Assembly (NCBI GenBank): GCA_030390025.1
Contig: CM059425.1
Span: 239,444,001-239,508,000 of the forward strand
DNA: 64,000 nucleotides
Reading direction: 5' to 3'
DNA from: Squalus acanthias
Taxonomy: Eukaryota
The notes below the pieces were generated by a model. The model saw only the letters and a program-made list of their open reading frames with translations, did not search any database and was not told where the DNA came from. Within the stretch, counting starts at the first letter, position 1, and each line of letters opens with the position of its first letter. This document shows, piece after piece, positions 26,001 through 41,000 of the stretch. The translations under genes were made by a program, and so were the position numbers.

Positions 26001-29000
26001 CACTGCCTGAAAAGGTGGTGGAGGCAGATTCAATCACGGCTCTCAAAAGGGAGTTGGATAAGTATCTGAAGAAAATAAATTTGCAGGGCTACGGGGAAAG
26101 GGCGGGTGAGTGGGACTAGCTGAAGTGCTTTTGCAGAGAGCCGGCATGGGCTCGACGGGCCAAATGGCCGCCTTCCGTGCTGTAACCATTCTATGATTAC
26201 TCAGAGATAATGTTAATGAAGTTGTCTTGATCAATGAGTGGCACCTAAAGTCAGACGCGCCAGGAACATTTTTAATAGTCACATCTCCGGGTGAAGTATA
26301 TGTAACTATCTTAATCATCGGGCTATTGCTAGAATATGTGTTTCTGCAAGTTTTCAGCTCACCCATCATGTTGACAGAAATGAACCCTAATAACAAAGCC
26401 CCTCCAATATTATTATAATTCTAAACAACTAAAACAAACACTTGAAGCACAATCCATCTATCCTATTAAGTTTTGTGTCTAAGAATATAGATATACTGTA
26501 TAGGATTGCAGGGTACTTGCATTGTTGCCAATTGTTTTGGGCTAACCATGTAGTACCTTGGTCAGGTGCATAGCATGCATCAACCACAGCCAGAGAATCA
26601 ATTCCAGGTAGATGCACAATGCAGCTATATTGTTCTCTGCCCTCCAGTGTTCTACTTTCTTCCTACTATTCCTGTACCCCATCCGCTGCTCTCCCCCACC
26701 CCCTCTCTTAGCTTACCCCTCTCTGATGGGCTTTGGACATTCCCGGTTGCTTGCTCCCCACCTTATCTCTAATCCACCCTCCTGCTTACTCTCAGGCCTC
26801 CACTCCTTAGAATGCAAGCAATACTGCAGGAGATATTTTACTTTTAATTAAAAATATATTTTTTTAGTCAATTGAATTCTGCATTTTCTTTCTAATTGCA
26901 TCTGTCCTATTTAATTCATTCCTGACTTCTTACTAATTTAACCTATCCTATCTTTTAACATGTTTTCACTGAATTAGCAGAGACAGGAATTTCAAATCCT
27001 TTATTTCTTCCTCCAGACTTCACTTTGGGGGTGGGACCAAGACTAATTTTTAGCCCAAGGCTCAGACTGCAACGATTAACATGAAAACATCTCTGGTGCT
27101 AATTTACACATCAAAACTTGAAAGAGACTCTGGCGGTGAACGTACTGGTCAGTGGCCCCAGAGCCCAACAGCAGCTAGATGAGTACGAGGATATAACTCC
27201 GCTACTGAACACTTCCCACTTAATTCTGAGAAATCAAGACTGAAACAGATAGAGAAAATCCCTACTTGGATCTTTTGCATAGTAAGAAGCAAAATATGTA
27301 CACTATCAGTCATGGGCAGAAATAACACTAACATTTTTGTCCTTATAATATAAACAACCAACAGAGATAGCTTTAAAACTATGTCATGCCAGATTAAAGG
27401 TCTACTTTGGTGATCCATCGAAGTAATATGCAAACAGATTATTAGCAAACTGAATACCTGATACAGAGAGATACGCGTTATCTTGAACGTGCCATCCTTT
27501 GGATTTCTTTGTATCTGAGCTATCACAAGTCAGAACTGTCAAGCCGTCAGAAAATCTGTAATTTTAATAGTATTTTGATCAGACAAATTTGCAAACTGTG
27601 TACCTAAATTTAGTTATATCAGTATCTGACATTCTTTCTGATAACTACCATCTAGCACTCATCACTGCACTGAACTTTGAATTTCTATAAGCCAATTCAA
27701 AATCTTCAACCACTTCATTGGCTAGTCTGGATCACATAAAACCGTCCAGTTACTGTGCTCTTTGAATATTGTTTTTCCCTCTATTTATTACTGCATAAAA
27801 TACTACAATTATTTGAAAAAATTAAGGTGTAGTGAGAACAGTAAATTTGTCAGTGGGAAAATAGTTTGTTCAAACATAAAAATAGGCGTGGTGTAAGTGA
27901 AACGATCAATATAATTCTATTTTAATTTTTTGATTGATCTAACAATTATTTTTTTAAAAGTTAATCCAAAAATAGGATTAGTGTATGTGCAACGATACAA
28001 ATTTAAAGAAAGCAATGAAAACTAGGAGACTCACGAAACTAGAAATGAAGTCTAAAGCTAGAATCTTATCAGTCTACATTACTTTTATTAAAATTCCACA
28101 TACTGATAAAGTTATTCCATAGTGTTCGTTAGAAATAGAGAACTTGCATTTATATAGTACACCAGATCTCTCTGGAACCCTAAAGCACTTTACATACAAC
28201 GATTAATTTAAAGTGCTATATAGACGAACACAGCAACCATTTTGCACACATCCAAGACCCACAACATCAGTAAGATGAATGACCAGTTAATCTTTTTCTG
28301 GTAGTGGTTGAGAGAGAAAGATTGGCCAGGACACTGGGAGAACTCCCTGCTCTTCAATTCTTGCCACGATCTTAATATCTAACTAAACAGGAAGACAACA
28401 ACTCAGTACCAGACTGAAGTATCAAACTCATTTATGTGCTCCAGTTCTGGAGTAACTTAAGACAGTGAGATACCATTGTATATTGTAAGCAATGTTTTTC
28501 CCCCACTTCTCAAAACAGTGTTGAACTTTATAGATACTGTACCTAACGTTGCTGACCAGAGAGCTCAGAAAAAATAGCTCCTCTCTAGAAACATTCTTTT
28601 GAAGCTTGGGAACAAACTGATTGTCTTCAGCAACTTCAAAAGAAGTGTTCTTTCCCAGCTTGGATGATCTATACAGTCGGAAGTTTCTGTTCTTTGTATA
28701 CACACCTTTAAAAAAAATCAAAGCAAAGCACAAGTCCCATCATATATTACACTTTACAGCAAAAAAATGAAATAATTGAGGTAGAATTTTAATTTGGGTA
28801 ATGTGACACCAGCAAATGGTTACCTCAAGCATATAAAGTGCAACTGTGGTTACCAATATAACCCGCATCGGAGGAAAATAGTCAAATACGTTAGTAGTCT
28901 TTCTCCTAAATTTCTTTTAACAGATGTTATGTTCAGCATTTTCTGTTTATATTTCAGATTTCCAACATCTGCAGTATTTTGCCTTCTGTATTTATGTTTC

Positions 29001-32000
29001 TGAATGTCTACTGTGTTGTGGATTTCACCAATGGGTTAAGATGAGTTTATGAATCCTGAAGCATTGTGTATGAAGTCCTATAGACCCACCAAGTATTCAC
29101 ATAATTACTGCCAGACTATTTGTACCTGCTGCTTTATCACCTTTCTTTTTCCTTATTTGTAATTTTAATGATGCGTATTTTTTTAAGCTAACTATTAAAG
29201 TTGGAGGAACTCAAAAATCACATCTTTTTTGTAACAGCTTACAGTGTAATTAAAATGTATTCTCCCAAGGTTTCTCTGTGCCACACAACCTGCCCCCAAC
29301 TTCCACATCACCAATATGTACCATATTGGCAAACTAAGTGAGCAACTTGTCCTTTTAGTTGCTATCTACAATTCTCAGGCACATACAGGCAGAGTTGGTT
29401 ATTACTCTATTATTAACTGCACATATAGGTTGAAATGAAAAAAAAATAAGCATTTACGTACCTAGATCCACAAAGAGTTGGTCACTTCCATATTTATCTT
29501 TAACAATCAGAAATGACAAATCTGGATCCAAATTGCTTTGCTTCGATTTTTCCCACACTGCACACTTAATCCTTTTTGAGGGGGAGTTCTCAGAACCATC
29601 TACATTAAAATGCTTCCTCTTGTCTGGAGTGATTGGAATAAATGTTGCACTGGTTGACAGCAAGGCACTGTCACTAGGATCTTGGTCAACTCTCCCACAT
29701 CTTTTTTCCAATACTCTAATCATAGGCTGCAAAATTGTTCTTATAAAATTTCCTTAAACAAAAAACAAATTTCATAGTCAATCAGTATGGTTATGGAGTC
29801 ACTTGTACAATAATTTGTTAGATGCAATTATTTCAGTGTCTTTCTTAATAACACATTTGGAACTTTTTGTTTTGAACAGCCAGGTCGCTTCCACATGTGG
29901 AAACTTATCACCATTCTTAAAGTCTCTGAACCAAACTACTGAAAAATTACATAGGTAATGACCTGGATTTTGCGTTAAGAATAACGGTGAGGCTAACAGC
30001 ACTCTCCCTTATTATGGAGTAAATTGGATAGCAAATTCCGGAGTCCGCACATGCGCAGTTAAACGCGGAAATCCGGAAGGTGCTGTCCGATTTACCCCGC
30101 TCCTCCACACCGGTACCTCGCTGATAGAATCAGCATTGAAATCAATGTAAGGGCGTAAAGTTGCTGTACTTAACCACTAATTACCCACTAAACACACCAA
30201 AAAAAGTTAGGGCTGGTGCATTCAGGCGTAAGTGAATTTGTAACGGTGTGATAAGTCTTAAATACTGCCAAACAACCTCTCTGGCACTGAAAATTTAATT
30301 TTGCAAGTGCGGAGTCTCATTCTTTCAGAATTTAATTATTCTTGGAGATTTAAAAAAAATGTTTTTACTTTTTCTTTCTGTTTCTTTTATCTCTCTTAAT
30401 CTCGTCTTTCTTTCCCTCTCTTTATTTAACTTTCTGTACATGATTTTACAATGAATTAAATATTCTAATTTATACATCCTGGTTTAGATTCTGTGTGGCT
30501 CGGTGAGAATTCTTCAATCATAAGATCATCATATCATAAGATTTAGATTAGCAATGGAGAGGAGCAAGGAACATTCTAGAGTGGAACGTCTAAACTGGAA
30601 TAGGGCTAACTTCAATGGGATGCGAAAGGATCTAGCCAGGGTAAAATTGAACCAAAGACTGACAGGAATAACTGTAACGGAACAATGGGTGATCTTTAAG
30701 GAGGAGATGTTCCAAGTACAGGCTAGGTACATTGCAACAAGAGGGAAGGGTAAGGGAACCAAAGCAAGGGCTCCTTGGATGACGAGGGAGATAGAGAAGA
30801 TAAGAAACAAAAAAAAGAGGGTGTATGATGCATGTCAGGTGAATTCTTCAAGGGAGAACCAGAGCAAATACAATACGTTGAGAGGGGAAGAGAAGATGAA
30901 AATAAGATTGACAAAGAGAGAATATGAGAGTAGAATGGCAGTTAACATAAAAGGGAACCCAAAAATCTTCTACCGGCATGTAAACAGTAAGCAGGTAGTA
31001 AGAGGCGGGGTGGGGCCTATTAACGACAAAGAAGGTGTTATATGCTTAGAGGCGCAGGGCAAGGCTAGAATACTCAATGAGTAGTTTGTATCGGTGTTTA
31101 CTAAGGAGGTGGATGCTGAAAAAATATCAGTAGCAGTGGAAAAGGTAGAAGCAATGGAAGGGGTGAAAATTGATAGACAGGATGTACTAGAAAGGCTGGG
31201 TATGCTTAGAGTGGATAAGTCGCCTGGTCCAGATGGCTTGCATCCCAGGTTGCTAAGGGAATTGGGGGAGGAGATAGCGGAAGGGCTTGCCATAATTTTC
31301 CAAACTTCCCTACATGCGGGGGAGGTGCCTGAGGATTGGAAAGTGGCAAATGTGACACCATTGTTCAAGAAAGGGTGTAAGGACAATCCAAGTAACTACA
31401 GGCAGTTTAACATCAGTGGTGGGTAATGTTTTAGAAACAATAATCAAGGAAAAAATTGACAGGCATTTGGAGAGGTTTAAGCTAATTAAGGAGAGCCAAC
31501 ACGGATTGGTAAAAGGCAGATCATTGTTGACTAATCTAATTGAATTTTTTGATGAAGTAACGGGGAGTATCGATGAAGGGAATGCAATGGATGTTGTCTA
31601 CATGGATTTTAGGAAGGCGTTTGACGAAGTACCACATCGAAGGCTGGTTAACAAAATTGAGGCTCATGGAATAGGTGGGTCAGTGGCAGCTTGGATAAGG
31701 AATTGGCTTAAGGACAGAAAACAGCGAGTTGTGGTAAATGGCTGTTTTTCAGACTGGAGGATGGTAGACAGTGCTGTTCCCCAAGGGTCAGTGCTGGGGC
31801 CACTGCTTTTTTATATATATTATATATATATATATATATAAATGACCTGGATATTGGAATACAAAGTAGAATTTCTAAATTTGCCAACGACACCAAACTT
31901 GGGGGTGTGGCAAACAGTGAGGATGATACCAATCGACTGCAACAGGACGTAGAAAGGCTAGCAGAATGGGCAGACAAGTGGCAGATGGAATTTAATACAG

Positions 32001-35000
32001 AGAAGTGTGAGGAGATGCATTTTGGCAGAAGGAACAGGGAGAGGCAATATACACTTAATGGCACAGTTTTAAAGAGTGTGCAGGGACAGAGGGACCTGGG
32101 AGTTAATGTGCATAGGTCCCTGAAGATGGCAGGACATACTGAGAGTGGTTAGCAAACCATATGGGATCTTGGGTTTCATAAATAGAGGTATTGAGTACAA
32201 AAGTAGAGAAGTTATGCTGAATCTTTATAAAGCGCAGGTTATGCCACAACTGGAGTATTGCATCCAATTCTGGTCACCACACTTTAGGAAGGATGTGAAG
32301 GCACTTGAGAGGGTGCAGAGGAGATTTACCAGAATGGTTCCAGGGATGGGGGAATCTTAGGTCCAAGGACAAGTTGGAGAAGCTGGATTTGTTTTCATTA
32401 GTGCAAAGGAGGTTGAGGGGAGATTTGATAGAGGTGTACAAGTTTATGACGGGTTTGGATAGGCTAGACGGGGAAAGGCTGTTCCCACTAGTTGATGGTA
32501 CAAGGACTAGGGGAAACAGATTTAAGGTTTTGAGCAAGAGATACAGGGGGGACATGAGGAAAAACTTTTTTACGCAGCGAGTGGTGAGGACCTGAAACTC
32601 GCTGCCAACGGAAGTGGTGGAAGCGGACACACACAATGTTTTCAAGGGGAGACTGGATAGGCACTTGAGGGAAATAAACTTGCAGGGCTACGGGGATAGA
32701 GCGGGGGAATGGGACTGACTCGATTGCTCTGCAGAGAGCCGACACGGACTCGATGGGCCGAATGGCCTCCTTCTGTGCCGTTATGACTATGACTGGTTGA
32801 AGAGACATGCTGTTACTTGTCCTGCTCACACACTCCATAGATCCCCTGTAGAGGGCGCTGCGCTGGAAATGATTTCTAGGAACCGTAGCTGCCACTCAAA
32901 AGCCTGCGAAAAGTCTGTGGGCAGCTGTAAGCATGATGAAAAGCTTGCCGTTTGTCCAGTTAGGACCACACTGCTCAACAGGACACGGGTCAGCAGGGTT
33001 ATCTGGAGCCGAGTCGGAAGAAGGTCAGGCCCCGGTGACAGAACTACCCTTTCAGGTTCCATCAATGAGCCAGGAGACAAAGAAATCAGCTGTTGGAACT
33101 AATCAGAATACCAATGCACGCATACCTAAGCGGGAAATGATCTGTACTGACCAAGTAATGCCTGTGCAGCCACATTATTTGAAAAATTTGAAAAACAGAA
33201 TAAACATGCACATTTGCATTAAAATATGAAGCTCATAATCAGCTGTGTGTATTTATATGTTTGTGGAAATGTGCTTTGCAATTTTTGGTGGCATAACATC
33301 AGGGTGTAGCTGGAGACAATTATAATAAGCACAGATCTCTCATGAAATTGTGCCTTGTGAGAGTGTCCCAACAGCTCAGTGAGTAAATGCACTTTGTGGT
33401 GTGGCACCATGATACAGAGCTGGAATGTCCTCGGTTTAAGTCCTTGTCTGTGTTGAATGAGCCTATCTCAATCAGTGGTCTTGGTGTCCCAGGGACAATC
33501 AGTAACCAACAAACGTGATCAGCTTCATGCCACAAAGTAATACAGGGGTAAAATTCCTCTTTTGACAAAAGATGGGTAATGCCTGATTTTCTGTGTAATT
33601 AATGACAAACAAAAATCACATGTTTCAAAGCCATACATTCCTACGATTGAATTAGCATGTCATTAATTACTCAAAAAACAGGGATCCCCCTCCCCCTCCC
33701 CAGTTTTTGTTAAAAGGGTCATTTTGAGCCCATATTGTGCAGCCAGTTCCCCTCAGTCACTGTATCAATATGGTTAGTGGCATAATGGCTGTTTAATTCT
33801 GTTGACTGCTGATCTCCCTTATGCACTTTCTTCCATAATGTACCAGTTCAACCATGAAATATTGTATTAGGGCAGTTCGCTAAATTTAACTTGATTTGCC
33901 GACTGCCGCAGGACTCTATAACTTGAACTCAGATGCTTTGTTGCTTCCGTTGCCCCCCTGAAAGTTTGTATCATTTTTAAAAATAAATAAAAGTACCCTT
34001 TTTTCAGCTTGTCCTTCCCTGCTGAAGTCTTGTAAATGCTTCATTTACAGTCTGCTTTCCAATAAATTAGCAGACAATATTTGGCTACATCAGGATTACT
34101 GTTTATGACAAAAAAAATACGAAGATTTTTTTTTTAAATGTAACTTTTCATAAAAATTAAAATATTGACAAAACTAGTACTAAAAACAAACGGTGAAACT
34201 GAAAATTGAAAATAAATGGCTAAAAAACCTCTGGCCCTTTAAGAGCTCTATGGAGCTTTCCTTCGGCTCACCGCAGATAGATGAAAGGAAAGTCCTGTGG
34301 GATTCAGTCCTAAACAGATAGAAAATTGTGCTTTGCTTAATTTAATGAGATGATATATTATTCAAATAAAACTTTTACCCCTTTTGGCCAATACCACTTT
34401 AAGGCTGACAAAAAGTTTTCACTAAGTGCAAAGGTGGTGTAGATTTGGCTAATTGGATCTCTACAGGATTTTCCAATCTCACTAATGCTCATTCTAGCCC
34501 TTCCCCATCAGCTACAGTAGCTAGAAAATACACTCTATAATCTTTTACATTCCAATTTGCTGGAGATAGAGTAACTATATCAGGAGTCTAGATGTAGCAC
34601 TGATATCGCTGTCTGCTCCTGTAGACAGTGGGCCAGTTTGCCTTTGTTGTGACGTGATGACATCGAACCTTGTAAGAGAAACAGGGTCAGAGAAGACTTA
34701 CCAACATGTATGTTATTCTTAAAGGCTGCATTAGGAAGATGAAATACTAGATGGCGGCTAAATTTTTGATGAGTACTGGAGTCCAAGTCCAAAATATCTT
34801 TCTCTGAGCAGTTTATGTTGTACAGTTCTTCCAATTTTTGACAAACATACTGAATTAAAAAAAAAGGTAAAACTTTACAGGAAAGAATACTGTTAATGCT
34901 TGATCACAGGCTATTATACAAGATTACACAAGTCCTACTAAAAAGACTCAAATTCTATGTTTAAAAGTGATTGTAGCTCTCACTGTACTGCGTAATTTTA

Positions 35001-38000
35001 ACTGTACCAATCTACTTTTCATGTAACCTTAAATCTTAGTTTATAATGTTCTAGCAAAATCAATACAATTGTATTTACTAAAGAATGCCTGGAATATTGG
35101 AATGTACGTGTCTGTAGATCTCATTAATTAAGACCTGTTTTATCAGGAAGCTGCCCTTATCACAAATATTTACAACTTGGCTTTTACCCAATGCAGCTGC
35201 CGTCAGACATTACACAATTGGGAATCCATCAACTACAATACAAATTCTACATAGAGCAATACTTTATTTCGAATTTAAATCTAAATGTGATTCAGGAATC
35301 TGAGAAATATAATGCCTTAGTTTGGGTTACAGTTCCATCGTAACCAGCAGTCCTCTATTACCTTAAACAGTTGCTCATTTTTCACACGCCAGCAAGTCAC
35401 TAAACTATGAGGGCATCACTGTTCCTCACCCAATCCACACGTGCCCATTTTCCAGCAGTGATCAGTGACCATTAATCTGAAGCAAGAAACCTGGCTAACT
35501 ACTCTCACTATCCCAGGGACTCCGAGGCTGATTGCAGTTCCACTTCCCCTGCTGAGGTCTGCTAATTCAGGGATTTAACCTGGAACTGTCTGTATGGCTA
35601 GTAACACACAAAACCCACAAAGCTATTGCGGAAGCAAATATAGCTGTTTCAAGTAGATTTCTATACTTTAAAATGTTTATAAGAAGTTAAATTATCTGGT
35701 AGGCGTGTCCACATAGTGCAGAAGCCAATTTTGGCAGAGGAACAAAAGTGTGGGGGGTGGGGGGGGTTGAAAATTAACCAACAACGTGGAATGGACTGCC
35801 AAACAAGTGGAGGCAAAAACCCCTGGAATCATTCAAGAAACAATAAGATGCTGCAATGGGGGAAATGTAGGATTGTTCTGGACAGATGAACTAAGATGAG
35901 CTGAATGGCCATACTAATTTATAATTACATTGTGATCTTGTGAATAAGTCAGTCCAGAGGAGGCACTTTTGTGTAGTGCAGAAAGGGAGAAACAGACATC
36001 AAAAACTTCTTAAAGCGATGGCTGTCCAGGGAACTTTCCCCATTGACAACCTCCGATGTGGAGGATACTGGTGGATGTGAAGATAAATTTGATTTAAAAA
36101 ACTCTTTACACTGACGTTCAAAGTCTCTTATCTCTCTGTTGATCTTGTAGTCTCTGCTCTGTCCCACATAACCTTATATGCAAGAGAATGGAAGAACCAC
36201 AAAGGACCATTTAAAACTTAAATTTAAAAAAAATGGTATTTATATTTCTGTTTACAAAAAACTCATTGGATTACTTAACTTTGAAAATTTAAAAATCGAT
36301 CAAAATTAAATATCAATTCCAATTGGATTTATAATCAAAGCTCACAAATGACATCCTCTGTGACTGTGACCATGGTGCACTATCCCTCCTCATCAATCCC
36401 AACTTCTCTGCACCATCTGACACAGTCGGCCACCCCACCTTGCTCCAGAGTCTGCGCTTGCTTGGTTCTACTCTTACCTATCCAATTGTACCAGAGCATC
36501 TCCAGTAATGGCTTCTCTTCCCACTTCCGCACTGTTACTTCCGGAGTCCCTCAAGGATCTATCCTTGGACCATTCCTCTTCCTCAACTACATGCTGCCCC
36601 TTGGCGACATCATCCGAAGACATGGCATCAGCTTCCACATGAACACCCAACTCTACCTCCCCCCAGCCTATGTGCTGCCAGATTGCTTGTCTGACATCCA
36701 GTCCTGGATGAGTTAAACATTGGGGATACCCTTGCCATCAATTACATCCCTGTCTCTGGCGCTATCTCAGGTTAAACCAGACTGTTTACAACCTCGGCAT
36801 CCTATTTAACCCCGAGCTAAGCTATCGACCCCATATGCTCTCCATCACAAAGACCGCCTACTTCCACTTCTGTAATATTGTCCGCCTTTCCCCTGCCTCA
36901 GACCATCTGTTCCCGGAACCCTTATCAATTTGTTAGACTTTGTCAGCTCCAGACTCGACTATTGCAATGCTCTCCTGGTCAGTCTCCCATCTTCCAGCCT
37001 TCACAAACTCCAGCTCATCCAAAACTTTGCTGCCTGTATCCTAACCTGCACCAAGTCCCGCTTACCCATTCCCCCTGTGCTCGGTGACCTACATTGGCTC
37101 CCAAATTCACCAACGCCTCAAATTTAAAATTTTCACCCAGATGTTCAAATCCCTTCATGGCCTCGCACATCCCTAGCTCTGTAACCGTCTCCAGCTCTAC
37201 AACCCTTTGAAAACTCTGTATTTAATAAACCTCTCTGCCTCTCCATCTCCCTCGCCTTCTTTAAGACCCTCTCGAAAACCCACTTCTTTGAGCAAGCTTT
37301 CAGTTACTCTTCTTAATATCTCCTTCTTTGGCTCGGTGTCGATTTTCGTCTGATTACACCTCGGTGAAGTCTCTTGGGACGTTTTTCTACATTAAAGTCA
37401 CTATATAAATGCAAGTTTTTTTTTTAAGATCTAGTGAAATTGATCTAAAATAAATGAAGCATTTCACAAAGAAAACCAGGCTCAAACAGAAAAATAAATT
37501 AATAGATCAGCACCTGAATTAACTTTGCCACCATCTGTTTCCCATCACATTCTGGATTTGTTTGTTTCATGAATTCCAAGTCAAAATACAAATGGCAGAC
37601 AGACCCTTCTGGAATCACTTCATAGCAATGCATTAATGACTTTCTGTAGTTCCTGAAAAACCATGAAATAATAGAAACTAGGAGTATTCTAGATGTACAC
37701 TGAATTCATAACCAGCGTGGAATATCTACAGTAGGTTCACTTGCATCTACGAATCTTAGAGCAAGTAGGACTTGATAGACCTTCTGAATTTGAGGGCTAC
37801 AACCCTTTTTAAAATTTAGTACAAGATTTAGGTTTCAGATTCCACCACCAAAAGCCTTTTTGTAAAGCTTTATTCAAGAGACATAAACGGATCATACATA
37901 ACCGATCTGAGTCATACCAGTAATTTGGCTAGCCGCGGCCAATTCCATCTTGCATGCTCATGGGGGGTGTAACTCAAGGAGCAGCTTAAATGTAGAAATT

Positions 38001-41000
38001 AATAATCAAACGTATACCGTGGGGTAGAGTTTCCGCTTTGGGCGCAATCGGCGATTCCATTGCAAATTGCGCCCAAAAATGCGCCCGTTTTTAAAAGTCT
38101 TTCCCCCCCCCACCACTGAGTTTCCGCTCAAACTCATTTGCACATTGCCAAACACAAAATCTGCCATGAACCAGCGCAATTGGGCAGCGCTTTAAAATGT
38201 AATTTTGAAAAAAAATTATGCTTTAAAAAAATGTCTTGATAGAGTGGTAACTTGGTACAACTACAGCTGAAAATGGGTTTATCACAAAAAATAAGCATTT
38301 TTAATCATAGTGTCAATCTACCACCTGTCAGTAACCCTATTTTAAATGACTGAAACTGACTTTTAAAAAATATACAAAACTATTTTCTGGTTAGATTAGG
38401 GTACAGTAGTCAGTTCCTTAGTAAATTTTAAAAAGAATTATATTCAAAACCCTTTTAAAAAGGTATCTATTAGTGTCCTTGCGCCCAAAAGATCCAGCTT
38501 AATTGTTAGAGCCTCTTCAAAGGCCTGCAAACGAGCGCAATTAGCGGAAACTTCCAATGGTGATTAATTCACCCTGGGGGCGTGGCCGGTTTTGTGGGCG
38601 GGGCCTGTATCTAGCACGATATTTTTAAAACTAGCGCAAAAGATCGCGGCAACTCGAGTTCCGCTGAATGCAATTTGTGCTTAAAATGACGCGATCTTTT
38701 ATGCCGGTTACGCCGATTTCAGGTGTATTGCGCCAAAAAAAAGTGCAATCGAGCGGAAACTCCAGGCCCTTATCTATAACTCGGTTATTAAGCTAAATTC
38801 CTAACAAGTAAACAAATACTTCAACAGCTCAGCTAACAAGATCAGTACAATTCCTTATTTCTATTATCTTATCACACAAAACCTTCTTCCTGCAGTTAAT
38901 TGCTATTCAACCATGTGAATCTGCTGACCATAAGTCTGTTTTTAATTCTGTATTTTTGTGCATTAGTCCTAATCTAAACTAGGCAACAATTTACACAGAC
39001 ACAAACCAATTAAAAACCCTGGTATCTACACCACTAGAGCACATGCTCAATTAGGTGGTTAGCTCGCACAAGCATGACCCGATTAAAGTGGCCAATGCTA
39101 CTGGGATCAGTTTCCATAATACTTTAATTAAAAATTAATTGACCGCCATCTTAGGCAGGTGTAAAGCAGTACAACATTATACTTGTCCAGTTACTAAAAA
39201 TCACATCCGCTTACATACTGATATTAAGCAAAGTTTAATTAACATTTTTATAAAATTTTCTAAATTCAAGACATTACTGAGGATTGCGAAGCAGCCAACA
39301 TAATTACATTATTTAAAAAGAGCGAAACCACAGACCAATAGGTTTCGCATCTGTTGTAGGGAATGACTTTGAAACTACTTTGAGAGAACTAGTGGGTGAG
39401 CACTTAGAGAAACATATTGTGTTAAAAGGTCAGTCAGTATGGAATTAGGAAATGGTGGTCATGCTAAAGTGAACCTGCTGGGGGTTTTTTTTGCAGACGT
39501 TACGAAAATGGTGAACAGGGAAATATAGTTGAAATTGTACACTTGGATTTTCACAAAGCTTTTGACAAAGTCTAGAACAGTGACTAATGGTTGCAGTAAG
39601 GAGTCATGGAATAGAAGATAAAGTATGATGCTAGATAGAAAATTGGCTTAATGACAGAAAATGAGAGTAGCCATAAATGGAAACTTTTCATGCTGGAAGT
39701 AGGTTATGAGCAGGTTACTACAGGGATCAGTCTTGAAACATTTGCTATTTATAATATAGTATATTATTGTCTTAGAATGAAATATTATAAGCAAAATCTC
39801 AAAATTTGCAGTAAATATCAAAATAGGAGACAGGACAAATAAGATGCAATGCAATTAGGCTAAAAAAAGGTGAGTTTTTTTCCTTTCCTTGGAGGGGTCG
39901 AGAGGAGCAGGAGTGCTCTTTCACGCCCTACGAGGAAAGCTTAGGCTTCTCCTACCCTGGAAATTCATTCAAAACAACCTCTATTAGATCTTATTAGCAT
40001 GATATAGTCGCTTACTGGTAGTAAAACCACAGCTCAGTGTAGGTTGTGACAAGGTAAATTCGCTGTCCAAGCATAGTGTCCTTCTTCTCAATTTCATTCT
40101 CCAAAGCAAATACGTGAACATCCTGTAATGAAATGTTAAAAATAAAAAGAATATAATTCAGGCACATATTCCTTCTTTAGCCCATGGTGTTTACTGAAGG
40201 CTTTCAACTTTATTATGGTTTGGCTGCTGGGAAGTTCTGCTTGATATCTGGACTATTTTTATGGAGATATACACTCTTTTTAGCATTCCTCATTTTTCTC
40301 CCCTTTCTCATTTCCTCCCTTTCCCAGGTACATAGGCCGCGATTTCCCCTACCTTGGTGGGTCCGGTGCGGCCGGGGTCAGTGGCGGGTCCTGACCCCGC
40401 TGCTGGCTCCAGCCCACTGTCCAAAGTGATTTTATGTTGATTGGGCTTGTTAAGCCCGTCCAGCGCATTTGCCGGCCAATTGAAGGAAGCAGGTCTGATG
40501 ACGTCACTTGATGACGCGTCATAAGCCGGTTTCCTTAAAGGGACCATGCGCAAATTGATTTTGACAGTTGTGCTGTCAATGTTCTACAGCATTGAGGTGC
40601 TGCAAACACTGACAAGCACTGCACAGAGGTGCATGCCTGCACCCAGGCTCTCCCATGACTCCCTCCATATGCTTATGGAGCGAGTCAAAGCACGCAGGGA
40701 GGTCTTCTTCCCTTCCCATGGGCAGAAGAGACCTCCCCAGGAGATCAACGCAGCCTAGTTGCACATTGCACAGGAAGACACAAGCAGGGATGTCGTCAGG
40801 TAGACCAGGCTACAGTGGCGGAAACCTTTCAATTATCTCAGTAGGTCACAAAACGTTACTGCAAAGCCACACTCAACCTCATCCTACAGTAAATAAAACC
40901 AGAAAATGCTGGAAATACTCAGCAGGTCAGGCAGCATCTGTGGAGAGAGAAACAGAGTTAACGTTTCAGGTCGATGACCCCTCGTCAGAGCTGGAAAAAG

